A stretch of 64,000 bases of DNA from an uncultured Spirochaetota bacterium (GCA_963734495.1 CAVTHK010000011.1:192001-256000), one strand, 5' to 3'. Shown: positions 49,779 through 59,673, counted from the stretch's first letter. Notes: generated from the sequence alone by a model not told the origin. Made by a program: numbers and translations.

Positions 49779-50725
49779 TCAGCTCAAAAGAGCTCAAGGC
49801 TGTCGCGAAAACCCACGGCGCGGACCTCGTCGGCATCGCATCGATGGACAGGTTCGAAGGCGCTCCCGTGCAGATGGACCCGCGACGCATCTTCCCGGAT
49901 GCGAGGGCGCTGATCGTCTGCGCCTGCCGCATCCCGCGTGGCGTGCTCATCGGGATCGAGGAAGGCACGTACTTCAACTCCTACTCGATGATGGGATACG
50001 CGGGCATCAACTTCGTTCGCATGCCGATGGTGCTCTGGAGCGTGACGAACTACCTGGAGGACGACGGGTACGACGCGCTCCCGATGGCGAACCATTTCCC
50101 CTGGTCCGCCATCTCGCTCGACAACGGGCGGATGCGCAAGTGGTGGAGCCGTCCCGTGGCTCCCGACAAGCCCGCGCCCGACGTCAGCGTGCACTTCCGG
50201 ATCGCCGCGTTTGCGGCGGGCCTCGGGGAAATCGGCTATAGCAAGGTTTTTCTCACGCCGCAGTTCGGCCCGCGGCAGCGTTTCGGGCTGATCCTCACGA
50301 ACGCCCCGCTGGAGCCCGACCCGCTGTTCGACGGCCGCATCTGCGACCGCTGCATGCTGTGCGCGCGCAACTGCACCGGCGACGCGATCAGCACGACGGA
50401 GACGGTCAAGGTCGCGGTCGCCGGCAGGCAGCTCGAGTGGGGCAAGCTGGACGAGGCCCGCTGCCGGATGGGGTTCCGCGGCGGCAATCCCGAGGCGAAC
50501 CCTTTCTTCGTGGACCAGCCGGAGCACATCTTCTGGCACGGCGAGGCCATCGAAGGGGCGGCGGGCTGCATCAGGGCCTGCATGCTCCACCTCGAGGAGA
50601 AGGGCGTCGTTGGAAACAAATTCCAGGAGCCGTTCCGGCGCCGCCCGCCGTGGTCGCTTCCGCGGGACTGGAAAAAGGACATCGCGCCCACGGCGCCGCG
50701 GCTGGAGCCACGAGAGGATCGTTGA
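49775..50725 (+). CDS. QueG/reductive-dehalogenase-like cobalamin 4Fe-4S protein, paralog 4
   Basis: ATGA overlap with paralog 3; FRIAAFAAGLGEIG...LTPQFGPRQRF, CDRCMLCARNCT and RC...GCIRAC. Confidence 0.82.
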   Translation: MISSKELKAVAKTHGADLVGIASMDRFEGAPVQMDPRRIFPDARALIVCACRIPRGVLIGIEEGTYFNSYSMMGYAGINFVRMPMVLWSVTNYLEDDGYDALPMANHFPWSAISLDNGRMRKWWSRPVAPDKPAPDVSVHFRIAAFAAGLGEIGYSKVFLTPQFGPRQRFGLILTNAPLEPDPLFDGRICDRCMLCARNCTGDAISTTETVKVAVAGRQLEWGKLDEARCRMGFRGGNPEANPFFVDQPEHIFWHGEAIEGAAGCIRACMLHLEEKGVVGNKFQEPFRRRPPWSLPRDWKKDIAPTAPRLEPREDR

Positions 50726-50729
50726 GCCG

Positions 50730-51764
50730 ATGAGGTTCTCGGTCGGCTACCGCGTGATGCCCGGCGATCCCGACTTCTTTGCGGACATCGTCGAAGACTA
50801 CAGGGAGCGCGTCGACGAGGTGTACTTCGCCTGGCCGGAAGATCCTTCGGGGAGAACGCCCGTGCCGGCCAGCGCGCTCTCGCAGCTTCTCGAGGAGATC
50901 GCGCACATCGCGTCGCTGGGCGTCGGGCTGAACCTGCTCTTCAACGCTTCCTGCTACGGAGACGCGGCCCTTTCCGCGTCGCTGCGTGATCACGTCGTCG
51001 AGCTGGTGTCCCGCCTCTCCGAGGCGGGCCTGACGGCGGTGACAACGATGTCTCCGGTCATCGCCCGGGCGGTCAGGGCCGCGTTCCCGCACCTCGACGT
51101 GAGGGCTTCGGTGAACATGCGCCTGGGCACGGTCAGGGCAATGGAATACGTGTCGGGCCTGTTCGACAGCTACAACGTTCAGCGGGAGTACAACCGCAGA
51201 CCCGACCGCCTTTCGGAGCTCGGCAAGTGGGCGGGAGAAAACGGCAAGAAGCTCCACGTGCTCGTCAACAGCGGATGCCTGAGCTTCTGCTCCTTCCAGA
51301 CCTTTCACGACAACGTCGTGGCGCACGAAGCCGGGGTCAACCGCAACCGCAACGTCGCGGCCGCGCCGACTCTCTGCCGGGAGCTCTACTCCGACCGCGG
51401 GCGGTGGCCCGCCTTTCTGCAGGGATCGTGGATACGGCCGGAGGACATCGCGAAGCACAGGGCCTTCTTCGACGGCGGCTACAAGATCGCCGCCCGGATG
51501 CACGACAATCCGAGGATGGTGATCGACGCCTACGCGAAGGGGAGGTACTACGGGAACCTCCTGGACCTCATGGAGCCGGGCTTCGGGCCGGTCTTCGCTC
51601 CCCACGTGGTGGACAACCGCCGCTTCCCATCGGACTGGTTTTCGTCTACAACAGGATGTTCGTCGGACTGCGCGCGCTGCACCTACTGCGCGGACACGCT
51701 CGAGCGAGTGCTCGTCGACGTGGACACTCTCGCCGGCGCGCGGCGCGAGGAGGCGGTGACGTAG
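50730..51764 (+). CDS. Peptidase U32-like Fe-S protein (UbiU/TrhP superfamily)
   Basis: GLNLLFNASC, DVRASVN, QREYNR, LVNSGCLSFC...C, WIRPED, YKIAAR and C-terminal CxxxCxxCxxC. Confidence 0.7.
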   Translation: MRFSVGYRVMPGDPDFFADIVEDYRERVDEVYFAWPEDPSGRTPVPASALSQLLEEIAHIASLGVGLNLLFNASCYGDAALSASLRDHVVELVSRLSEAGLTAVTTMSPVIARAVRAAFPHLDVRASVNMRLGTVRAMEYVSGLFDSYNVQREYNRRPDRLSELGKWAGENGKKLHVLVNSGCLSFCSFQTFHDNVVAHEAGVNRNRNVAAAPTLCRELYSDRGRWPAFLQGSWIRPEDIAKHRAFFDGGYKIAARMHDNPRMVIDAYAKGRYYGNLLDLMEPGFGPVFAPHVVDNRRFPSDWFSSTTGCSSDCARCTYCADTLERVLVDVDTLAGARREEAVT

Positions 51765-51767
51765 CCT

Positions 51768-52001
51768 ATGCCGATCTACGAGTTCCGCTGCCGGGGATGC
51801 GGAGACGAGTTCGAGCTGCTCCTCAGGCGCGATGAGACAGCGGTCAAGTGCCCCGAGTGCTCGAGCGCGGACGTGGTGCGGAAGTTCAGCGCCTTTGCCG
51901 TCAAGTCCGGCGCTTCCAGGAATGACCTGTCGATGAGCTCGAGCGCGGGCGGCAGCTCCTGCGCCGGCTGCTCAGGCGGCCACTGCTCGACCTGTCACTG
52001 A
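51768..52001 (+). CDS. FmdB-family zinc-ribbon protein
   Basis: MPIYEFRCRGCG.EFE...CPECSS plus C-terminal CAGCSGGHCSTC. Confidence 0.9.
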   Translation: MPIYEFRCRGCGDEFELLLRRDETAVKCPECSSADVVRKFSAFAVKSGASRNDLSMSSSAGGSSCAGCSGGHCSTCH

Positions 52002-52028
52002 CCGCGGGCCCGGCAGGTCCGACAACCG

Positions 52029-52361
52029 CTACACTACGTACTCCGGTCTCATGGGCGTGAAGCACTCGATGACCTCGGAGTCTTCGAGGACCTCCGCGCT
52101 GTGGGTCTCCATCGAATCGAAGATGTAGCTGGCGCCCGGCTTCATGACCGCGCTCGAGCCGTCGCCGAACGTGAAGCGCACCCGCCCGCTCATGAGGTAT
52201 CCGACCTGCACCGCGGCGTGATTATGGGGCGGCACTTTGGCGCCCTTCTTCATCTTGAAATGACACAGCATGGTCTCGGCGTTGTAGGACATGGTCTTCC
52301 GGAAGATCCCGGGAAAGACTTCCACCTGCTTCAGCGCCTCGACGTTCGTGCTCCCGCCCAC
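52029..52361 (-). CDS. Cupin domain protein
   Basis: PPHNH..Q.GY..SG and ETHSA...IECFTP.R; GGGAGG RBS before GTG at 52361. Confidence 0.85.
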   Translation of the reverse strand: MGGSTNVEALKQVEVFPGIFRKTMSYNAETMLCHFKMKKGAKVPPHNHAAVQVGYLMSGRVRFTFGDGSSAVMKPGASYIFDSMETHSAEVLEDSEVIECFTPMRPEYVV

Positions 52362-52416
52362 CTCTCGTCCTCCCTTCCGATGCGACCTCGCGGCTTGCAG
52401 GCGCCTGTGCGCCGCC

Positions 52417-53472
52417 TCACGCGATCGCCTTGCCGGTCCTCTGCTGGCGAACCAGGTCCAGGACCTGCGTCCACCCTTTGATGAAGCTGTCGCGGAACTT
52501 GACCACGGGACCGTAGCCCGCGTACTGACTCCTGGCGAGCCCGTCCTCGAGGTAGGCGCAGGCGAAGTCCGGCAGTCGCGCCAGCAGCTCGTCCACGAGC
52601 GCGCGGGGCTCCGGCGCATCGATGCGGCGGACGACGGGGCCGTCCTGCTCGATCAGCTTGTCCGCGGTTCCCTTCCAGTTGATCGTGATGTCGACCTCTC
52701 CCCCGACGAAGTCGGTAAAGTGGGCGAGCCCGCGCGCACCGCCGCCGAGCAGGATCCCCGGATAGCCCCGCTCCTTCATCAGGTGATACTGCTTGCGGGC
52801 GACGACCGCGCCGGCGATCGCGAGCGCGTCCGGCGAGACGGCGATGCGTTTTCGCTCCGCCGTCTCCTTGAGGTATTCGTCGAAGATGCCCGTGATGTGC
52901 GTCACGAAGAACGCGGGGCTGCTGCCGCTTTCGCGCGCGGCCCGCCGGTAGAGCTCGCACGCAGCGACGGCCTGCGCGATCGCCATGATCTCGGTCGCGA
53001 TGACGGGAACGTTCCGCCGCAGCAGCGCGTCCATCGCCGCGAGCCCGGCCTCGGTGGTCGGAATCTTGGCGATGAAGTTGGCGCCCAGCTTCGCGTGGCG
53101 CAGCGCCTCGTTTACGATGCCATCGGCGTCGGTGTCTTTCAGCGGGTTGCCCTGAATCGAGACGAACCCCTCGCGCCGGGGAGCGGCCTCGTGCAGCTCG
53201 AGGAACTCGGCCATGATGCGCCGGGCGAGACGCTGCTGCACCAGGTCGACCGCTTCCTGATCGTCGTCGGCCTCCGAGACCGCCCGGGCGACCGCCCGCG
53301 TCACCTCGGCCCCGTCGGATTCCGCTGTCAGCAGCTTCGAGGCGTACGACGGGTTGGTCGTGCAAGCGATAGCGCCTGCCGCAATCGACTTGCGCGCCTC
53401 TTCCACGGTCGGGTTGTTGATCCACAGCCGCGTCGGCGTCTGTTCCGCTACCCGCTGAAAGTAGCCCTTCAT
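52417..53472 (-). CDS. Transaldolase-family protein (divergent)
   Basis: WINNP, TTNPS, VSIQG, Schiff-base Lys in AKIP and LGGGARG; ATGA overlap with the transketolase C subunit. Confidence 0.82.
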   Translation of the reverse strand: MKGYFQRVAEQTPTRLWINNPTVEEARKSIAAGAIACTTNPSYASKLLTAESDGAEVTRAVARAVSEADDDQEAVDLVQQRLARRIMAEFLELHEAAPRREGFVSIQGNPLKDTDADGIVNEALRHAKLGANFIAKIPTTEAGLAAMDALLRRNVPVIATEIMAIAQAVAACELYRRAARESGSSPAFFVTHITGIFDEYLKETAERKRIAVSPDALAIAGAVVARKQYHLMKERGYPGILLGGGARGLAHFTDFVGGEVDITINWKGTADKLIEQDGPVVRRIDAPEPRALVDELLARLPDFACAYLEDGLARSQYAGYGPVVKFRDSFIKGWTQVLDLVRQQRTGKAIA

Positions 53473-54455
53473 TTTCGCCCCTTCTTGCGGGCATGCGCTT
53501 CGCGCATGGCGGCCACGATGTCGCCGACCCCCATCGCGTACCTGTCGAGCAGTGCCTCGGCTTCGCCGGACTCGGGGAAGGTGTCCTTGAGGCCGACGCG
53601 CGCGAGCGGCGTCGGGCAGAGGTCCGCGGCCGCTTCCGCGATCGCGCTTCCGAGCCCTCCGATGATGTTGTGGTCCTCGACGGTCACGGCGGCGCCGGCG
53701 CGCGCGAGGATGTCCGCCACCCCCGGGGCGTCCAGCGGCTTCAGCGTGTGCACCTCGACCACCGTCGCCTTGAGCTCGTCCTTGATGCTCTCGGCCGCGG
53801 CCAGCGCGCGCTTGAGGATGGGCCCGCACGCGAACACCGCCACATCGCGCCCGTATTCCCGCATCACGCGGATCCTGCCGAATTCGAACGGCACGCCGGC
53901 GTCGAAGATCACGGGTTCCCTTCCGCTTCCGAGCCGGAGGAACCCCGGGCCGGGGCGCCTGGCGAGCGCGAGAGTCGCCTGCCTGGTTTCCGCCGCGTCG
54001 GCGGGCACGATCACGTCGATGCCGGGAATGCTTCGCAGGATCCCGAGGTCTTCGAAGAACTGGTGCGTCACGCCCTCGCGCTCGCCGCCGTAGAGCCCGC
54101 CGTTGAGGCCGACGAACTTGACCCGCAGCCCCGGGTAGGCGACGAACGTCCGCACCTGCTCGCACGCCCTCATCGTGATGAAGCCGGAGTACGTGCCGAC
54201 GAACGGCAGGACCCCGCACGATGCCAGGCCCGCGGCGACGGCCACCGCGCTCTGCTCGGCGATGCCGATCTCGAACAGGCGGGCGGGGTACGCATCGGCG
54301 AACCTGGTCGCGCGCAGCGCCTTGAGCGAGTCCGCGGACACCAGGGCAACCGAGGGGTCGGCGGCGGCCAGCTCCATCAGCGCGTCGACGAACGCTTCGC
54401 GGGTGCTTGCCATCTTCGCGGCGGCGGCGGGTTCCGTGGTCTTTCGCTCAGCCAT
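53469..54455 (-). CDS. Transketolase, C-terminal (pyrimidine-binding) subunit
   Basis: EIGIAEQ, RACEQVR, GVTHQ, TLKPLD and EDHNIIGGLG. Confidence 0.92.
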   Translation of the reverse strand: MAERKTTEPAAAAKMASTREAFVDALMELAAADPSVALVSADSLKALRATRFADAYPARLFEIGIAEQSAVAVAAGLASCGVLPFVGTYSGFITMRACEQVRTFVAYPGLRVKFVGLNGGLYGGEREGVTHQFFEDLGILRSIPGIDVIVPADAAETRQATLALARRPGPGFLRLGSGREPVIFDAGVPFEFGRIRVMREYGRDVAVFACGPILKRALAAAESIKDELKATVVEVHTLKPLDAPGVADILARAGAAVTVEDHNIIGGLGSAIAEAAADLCPTPLARVGLKDTFPESGEAEALLDRYAMGVGDIVAAMREAHARKKGRK

Positions 54456-55275
54456 TGGCCGCCTCCAGACACTCGATCGCCCTGGCCAGCTCCTCTTTCG
54501 TCGGCACCCGCTTGTGCCAGCTGTTGTCCCGCTCCATGAACGGCACGCCCTTGCCCTTGATGGTGCGCGCCACGATCACCGACGGCCGCGGGTCCGCGCG
54601 CGCCGCATCGACGGCGTTCAGGATCGCGGCGACGTCGTGTCCGTCGATCTCCTGCGTGTGCCACCCGAACGAGGCGAACTTCGCGGCGATGTCCCGCATG
54701 CCGCTGACCTCTTCGATGAGGCCGCCGCTCTGGTAGCCGTTGTAGTCGACGAACGCGATCAGCCGGCCGAGCTTCTGGTTGGCCGCGGACTGGGCCGCCT
54801 CCCACACGATTCCTTCGTTGAGCTCGCCGTCGCCCGTCACGACGAACACGTGGTAGTCCTGCTTCTGCATCCGGCCTGCCAGCGCCATCCCGGTGCCGAC
54901 CGCGAGCCCGTGCCCCAGCGAGCCGGTCGTCATGTCGATGCCGGGCGTCTTGCCCATGACCGGGTGTCCCTGCAGGATCGACCCCAGGCTGCGCAGCGTC
55001 GGCAGGAGGTCAGGGGAGAAGTAGCCCCTCCGTGCGAGCGCCGCGTACACGACGGGGCAGGAGTGCCCCTTTGACAGGATGAAGCGATCCCGCAGCGGCC
55101 AGCCCGGGTTGGCGGGATCGATCCGCAGCACCTTGAAGTACAGCACCGCCACGATGTCGGCGGCCGACAGAGCCGGTCCCGGATGCCCGTCGCCCGCGAG
55201 GTGCACCATCGTGAGCACGTCCCTGCGCAGCAGGTTGCCCGTTCGGGCAAGCTCCCTGTTGGATATCTGGTTCAT
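54448..55275 (-). CDS. Transketolase, N-terminal (TPP-binding) subunit
   Basis: GHPG, RDRFILSKGH, TGSLGHG, GDGELNEG and TIKGKG. Confidence 0.93.
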   Translation of the reverse strand: MNQISNRELARTGNLLRRDVLTMVHLAGDGHPGPALSAADIVAVLYFKVLRIDPANPGWPLRDRFILSKGHSCPVVYAALARRGYFSPDLLPTLRSLGSILQGHPVMGKTPGIDMTTGSLGHGLAVGTGMALAGRMQKQDYHVFVVTGDGELNEGIVWEAAQSAANQKLGRLIAFVDYNGYQSGGLIEEVSGMRDIAAKFASFGWHTQEIDGHDVAAILNAVDAARADPRPSVIVARTIKGKGVPFMERDNSWHKRVPTKEELARAIECLEAANG

Positions 55276-55341
55276 TGGCGTCTGCCCGCCTTCTCCTTGG
55301 TCCGAGGCCCGGCGTGATTGTGTCCGGTCAACCTTGTGGAG

Positions 55342-57390
55342 TCAATCCAGCGGCAGCCAGATCGCCATCTCGGTTGACCCGCTGCGGTTGTCCCAGCAGA
55401 AGTACGGGATCATCCTGACTTTGGCCCGCCGCGGCGGCGCGCCGCTCACCTCGCGGTAGAGGTCGGTCCCCCAGTCCCTGTGCTCGTACTTGAGGGCCTC
55501 CCCTTCGAGCGCGATCACAGGCGCTCCCGCGATCGCATGCTTTGCGGGCTGGAGCTCGATGTCCCGCGGAATCGCCAGGTCGAAGATGTCGCCGCCGTCG
55601 GCGCGCATGTCCGCAGACTCGATGCAGTAGACCACGGGGCCGCGGAGCACGGCGACCTGGCCGCGGGTCTCCTCGAGGAGGTGATGGCCTTCGACCAGGC
55701 GCGTCCTCATGGGCAGGGAAAGCTCGACGACGTCTCCTGGCGCCCATTGCCTCCGCAGCTCGAAGAACCGCCCGGCCTCGGGGCCCGCCTTGTGGAGCTG
55801 CTTGCCCGCGCGGGACTTGACGACGAGCGACGCGGCATCGGCCCACTGCGGGATGCGCAGCATGAGCGCGAACTCGGTCGCCTTGGCAACGTTCACGGTG
55901 ATCGCGATTTCGCCGCTCCACGGGTATTCGGTCTTCTGCTCGAGGGTAACCTCGGTGCCGTTCACGAGCGAACCCTTCCAGGTGTTGGCGCCGTACAGGA
56001 CGGCCCAGACCGCGTCGTCCGTCACGCAGTAGGCGTAGCAGTTGGTCTCCGCGATCGTGCGCGCGATGTTGGGGGGGCAGCAGTAGCAGGCGATGTGGCC
56101 CTGCCTCTCTGTCGACCACCGCATCGGGAAAGGCACGCCCTTGGATCTCTTGAGCGCATTCGAGTAGAAGTACCGCGTGCCGTCCAGGCTGATCGTGGAC
56201 AGGATTCCGTTGATCAGAGTGCTCTCCAGCAGGTCCGCGTACTTGGCGTCGCCGGAGATCTGGAGCATCCGCCAGTTCCAAAGAGCGCTTCCGATGGTCG
56301 CGCAGCTTTCGTTGTAACCGGTCAGGTTGGGCAGCTCGTACTCCCTGCCGTACGACTGCTGCACGAAGTGAACGGCGTTGGGTCTCGGGGCCTGTTTGTC
56401 CTCCCTCTCGGGGTGAGGCTGATCGCCCTTGGCCATCAGCTCGTGGTGCAGGAATGTGCCATGAGTGCTGGGCGACGTTCCCGTGTTCAGCGCTCCGGTG
56501 GCGCCCGTCACGTAGAGCTTGTGCGAGACCAGGTCGTCCCAGATCGCGTGCAGCGCCGAGAGCAGGCTCTCGTCCCCGCTCTCCGCGTAGACGTCAGCCG
56601 CGCCCGCGTAGAGGTAGTTCGCCCTGACGCCGTGTCCGACCGCCTTGGTCTGCTGGCGGAACGGCAAGCGTTCCTGGTTCATATCCGTGCCGTTCTCGAC
56701 CAGGTCGCGCATATCGATGAACTTCTTTCCGAGCTCCAGGTAGCGGGAATCGCCCGTCGTTCGGTACATCTCGATGATGCCCATGTAGTGTGAAGGGCAG
56801 ATATCGAAACGCGCCAGGTCCGGCGTCGGTTTGGCGAACGCCTTGCACAGGAAGTCACTCAGCTTGATCGCGATGTCCAGCAATGTCCGCTTTCCGGTGA
56901 TCCTGTAGTGCAGGCAGGCCGCAGTCATCAGATGCCCGCAGTTGTACGTCTCGAACTCGATCGCCCGTTCGAACGGCCTGGCCTCCGCGCGGCCCCGCAC
57001 CTTGTCGAGCGCGAGCCGCGTGTATATGTAGCCGTCCCCCTGCTGGACCTTGCCGATCACCGAGATGACGGTGTCGATCAGTCTTTCGAGCTCCGAATCG
57101 CGGCTGATGTTGTACACTGCAATGGCGGCTTCCAGCCACTTGTAGAGGTCACCATCGGAGAATCCATATCCCTCGTGCTGATGTCCTTCTTTCTCCCCGA
57201 CGGCCCTGAGGAAGTTCCCGTAGTGCGGGTTCTGCATCTCCTGCCAGAGGTGCTTGATGGTGGCACTGGCGCAGGCGTCGAACCGCTCGGCCCACAGCCC
57301 CGACGTCCAGCGGACCGAGTCGACGTCGACGCTCTTGAGCTTCATGTGCGGAGTCTGCAGGTTGTTCGTGATGCCCTTGCCCTTTTTCAC
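55342..57390 (-). CDS. GH127 glycoside hydrolase (beta-L-arabinofuranosidase-like)
   Basis: DGDLYKWLEA, ETYNCGH, GHGVRANYL, YNESCA and CYCCPPN (Zn/Cys catalytic motifs); GAGGAGG RBS. Confidence 0.92.
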   Translation of the reverse strand: MKKGKGITNNLQTPHMKLKSVDVDSVRWTSGLWAERFDACASATIKHLWQEMQNPHYGNFLRAVGEKEGHQHEGYGFSDGDLYKWLEAAIAVYNISRDSELERLIDTVISVIGKVQQGDGYIYTRLALDKVRGRAEARPFERAIEFETYNCGHLMTAACLHYRITGKRTLLDIAIKLSDFLCKAFAKPTPDLARFDICPSHYMGIIEMYRTTGDSRYLELGKKFIDMRDLVENGTDMNQERLPFRQQTKAVGHGVRANYLYAGAADVYAESGDESLLSALHAIWDDLVSHKLYVTGATGALNTGTSPSTHGTFLHHELMAKGDQPHPEREDKQAPRPNAVHFVQQSYGREYELPNLTGYNESCATIGSALWNWRMLQISGDAKYADLLESTLINGILSTISLDGTRYFYSNALKRSKGVPFPMRWSTERQGHIACYCCPPNIARTIAETNCYAYCVTDDAVWAVLYGANTWKGSLVNGTEVTLEQKTEYPWSGEIAITVNVAKATEFALMLRIPQWADAASLVVKSRAGKQLHKAGPEAGRFFELRRQWAPGDVVELSLPMRTRLVEGHHLLEETRGQVAVLRGPVVYCIESADMRADGGDIFDLAIPRDIELQPAKHAIAGAPVIALEGEALKYEHRDWGTDLYREVSGAPPRRAKVRMIPYFCWDNRSGSTEMAIWLPLD

Positions 57391-57433
57391 TCTTGATTCC
57401 TCCTCTTTGCAGCGCAGCGCGTGAAAAAGCCTG

Positions 57434-57462
57434 TTGACATCCAGCCTAACATGCTATAGAGT
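57434..57462 (+). promoter_or_regulatory. Putative sigma70 promoter for the GntR-ABC operon
   Basis: TTGACA, 17 bp, TAGAGT in the divergent intergenic region. Confidence 0.5.
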
Positions 57463-57481
57463 GCGCGTCAAGCGAGGCCGG

Positions 57482-58261
57482 ATGTCGCGCGCAATGCGGC
57501 CGCGGCGGCGGCTCCCGGAGGCGGGGGTCGCGCGCCGGGACCCGCCCCTGGATGACTCGAACAAGGAACCCCTCGATCGCTCCCGGTACGGCTCGCAGGC
57601 GAAGCGGGCGTACGAGGAGATCAGGATGGCCATCATCACCCAGGAGGTCCTGCCCGGCACTCCGATCACCGCCGAGCTCTACGCGAACCAGCTGGGCATG
57701 AGCCGCACGCCGGTCCGCGAGGCGATCGTGCGCCTGGCGCACGAGGACCTCGTCACGGTCGTCCCTCGCAAGGGGGCCTTTGTCCGCGTTTTCACCTCCG
57801 AGCAGATCAGGCACAACTACGAGATCGCCGAGGCCCTCGAGGGGATGATCGTCTACCTCGCCACGCCCCGGATCACGCGCGACGCCGTGAATCACCTCGA
57901 AAAGCTGATGACGAACATGGAAAAATCGCTCGAGCGCCGCGACATCGAAACATGGGTGCGGCTCGACGAGGAGTTCCACACCGTCCTGAACTCGTTCTGT
58001 GACAACGGCTACCTGGTCCACAACCGCGCGAGCATCCAGAGCCAGATCCTGAGGTCCAGGCTTCTGCGGGTCCCTTCGTGGGTGGACAAGGTCGAGTCCA
58101 ACCGCGATCACAGGCGCATCTGGGAAGCGGTCAAGCGGCGCGACGCCGGCGGCGCGCGCGACGCCATGCACGCCCACTGGGAGCGGATCAGGGAGGAGTT
58201 CGTCCGCATATCCGCGGACGTAGCCAGCGCCGCGAACGCGGCGGCCCGCAGGGCGAGGTAG
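57482..58261 (+). CDS. GntR-family (FCD) transcriptional regulator
   Basis: LGMSRTPVREAI..L..E.LV...PRKG HTH; FCD domain DEEFH...DHRRI...AMHAH. Start uncertain. Confidence 0.92.
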   Translation: MSRAMRPRRRLPEAGVARRDPPLDDSNKEPLDRSRYGSQAKRAYEEIRMAIITQEVLPGTPITAELYANQLGMSRTPVREAIVRLAHEDLVTVVPRKGAFVRVFTSEQIRHNYEIAEALEGMIVYLATPRITRDAVNHLEKLMTNMEKSLERRDIETWVRLDEEFHTVLNSFCDNGYLVHNRASIQSQILRSRLLRVPSWVDKVESNRDHRRIWEAVKRRDAGGARDAMHAHWERIREEFVRISADVASAANAAARRAR

Positions 58262-58371
58262 GAGCGCGGCGCAGGAGCGTGGGGCCGGCGCCGCATCGAT
58301 CGATGGAACGCGGAGCCCGCCCGTACGGGTGAGGCAGAAAAGACATGCGCGTGAGTGCAAGGGAGGTGGCA

Positions 58372-59655
58372 ATGAGGAAAGCACTGCTTCTCGCGGTTGC
58401 GCTGCTTGCGGCGCTCGGACCGGCGTTCGGCAGCGGGCAGCCGGCCAAGGAGACGCCCAAGGAGCTCGTGGTCTGGCACCAGGCCGACACGCCGCTGACG
58501 CTCAAGGCCCTGGAGATGGTCATCGCCGAGTTCGAGAAGAAGAACCCCGGCCTCAAGATCAAGTACCAGCTCATGGACATGCAGAACATGAAGCAGAGCA
58601 TGAGCACCGCGGTTCCGAGCGGGCTGGGCCCGGACATCTTCGGCAGCTCGATCGGCGCATACCTGTGGTCCGTGATCGATGCCGGCCTTCTCTATGACAT
58701 GACGGACGCGTATGCGAAGAACAAGTGGGAGCAGCGCGTGGTCCCCTGGTCGAAGCCGTACACCAAGTACAAGGGCCGCTACTGGTCGGTCCCGAACGAG
58801 GCCGAGCTCGTCGACGTCTTCTACTATCACAAGGAAATCTTCCAGCAGAAGGGCTTCGCGGTCCCGACTCAGTGGGAGGACCTGATCGTCCTCGCGGACA
58901 AGCTGAAGAAGGACGGCGCCGCGACAGCGATTGCCGCGCCGGGGGCCTTTACCGTGTTCAACGCGCACTGGGAAGCGATGACGCATGGAGTCGGCGTTTC
59001 GCAGGAGCTCCTGGACCAGACCTGCTTCAACAAGGGCAGCTGGGACAGGCCCGAGTTCGAGCGCGGCTTCGGGCTGCTCAAGGACCTCAACGACCGGCAG
59101 CTCTGGGGCAAGGACTTCAACGCGGTCCAGTACCCCGAGGCGCTCAGCCTCTTCGTCACGAAGAAGTCGCCGATGTACCTCAACGGCACCTGGGTGCTGA
59201 ACACTCTGATCCAGGACAAGACCCTTCAGTTCGACTTCTTCGTCCCGCCCCCTCTCAAGGGCGTCAAGGGAAGGCCGTCGATCAACTGCGGGTCCGGGTG
59301 GCAGATCTCGGCAAAGGCCAAGAACACCGACATGGCGCTCAAGTTCCTCGACCTCGTCATCAGCGAGTGGGGAGAGAAGACCTGGCTCGAGAACACCCAG
59401 TGGGTGCCGCCGACGCGGGTCAACACCAGCACTGTCAAGCTCAGCGAGTACCAGCAAAAGGTCCTCGCGGCTACGACGCTTCCCGCCGTCGCCTACAGCA
59501 TGTTCAACATCATGCCGGAGGATGTGAACAAGGCCACCTGGGCGAAGATGCAGGAGATGTACCTGGGCAAGGCCACTCCGAAGCAGGTGGTCGAGACCAA
59601 GCAGAAGGTGTGGGAGACCGCCATCAAAGAGGGCAGGGTTCCTGACCCGAGGTAG
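58372..59655 (+). CDS. Sugar ABC transporter substrate-binding protein
   Basis: Signal peptide, ELVVWH, GPDIF, FYYHKEIF and MYLNGTW. Confidence 0.92.
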   Translation: MRKALLLAVALLAALGPAFGSGQPAKETPKELVVWHQADTPLTLKALEMVIAEFEKKNPGLKIKYQLMDMQNMKQSMSTAVPSGLGPDIFGSSIGAYLWSVIDAGLLYDMTDAYAKNKWEQRVVPWSKPYTKYKGRYWSVPNEAELVDVFYYHKEIFQQKGFAVPTQWEDLIVLADKLKKDGAATAIAAPGAFTVFNAHWEAMTHGVGVSQELLDQTCFNKGSWDRPEFERGFGLLKDLNDRQLWGKDFNAVQYPEALSLFVTKKSPMYLNGTWVLNTLIQDKTLQFDFFVPPPLKGVKGRPSINCGSGWQISAKAKNTDMALKFLDLVISEWGEKTWLENTQWVPPTRVNTSTVKLSEYQQKVLAATTLPAVAYSMFNIMPEDVNKATWAKMQEMYLGKATPKQVVETKQKVWETAIKEGRVPDPR

Positions 59656-59673
59656 CTCGACGAAGTCGTCGCG

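Noticed and set aside
47122-50725. Assigning queG or respiratory rdhA gene symbols
   Set aside because: There are four divergent copies, no que genes nearby, and no Tat signal or RdhB anchor. Only family-level similarity is supportable.
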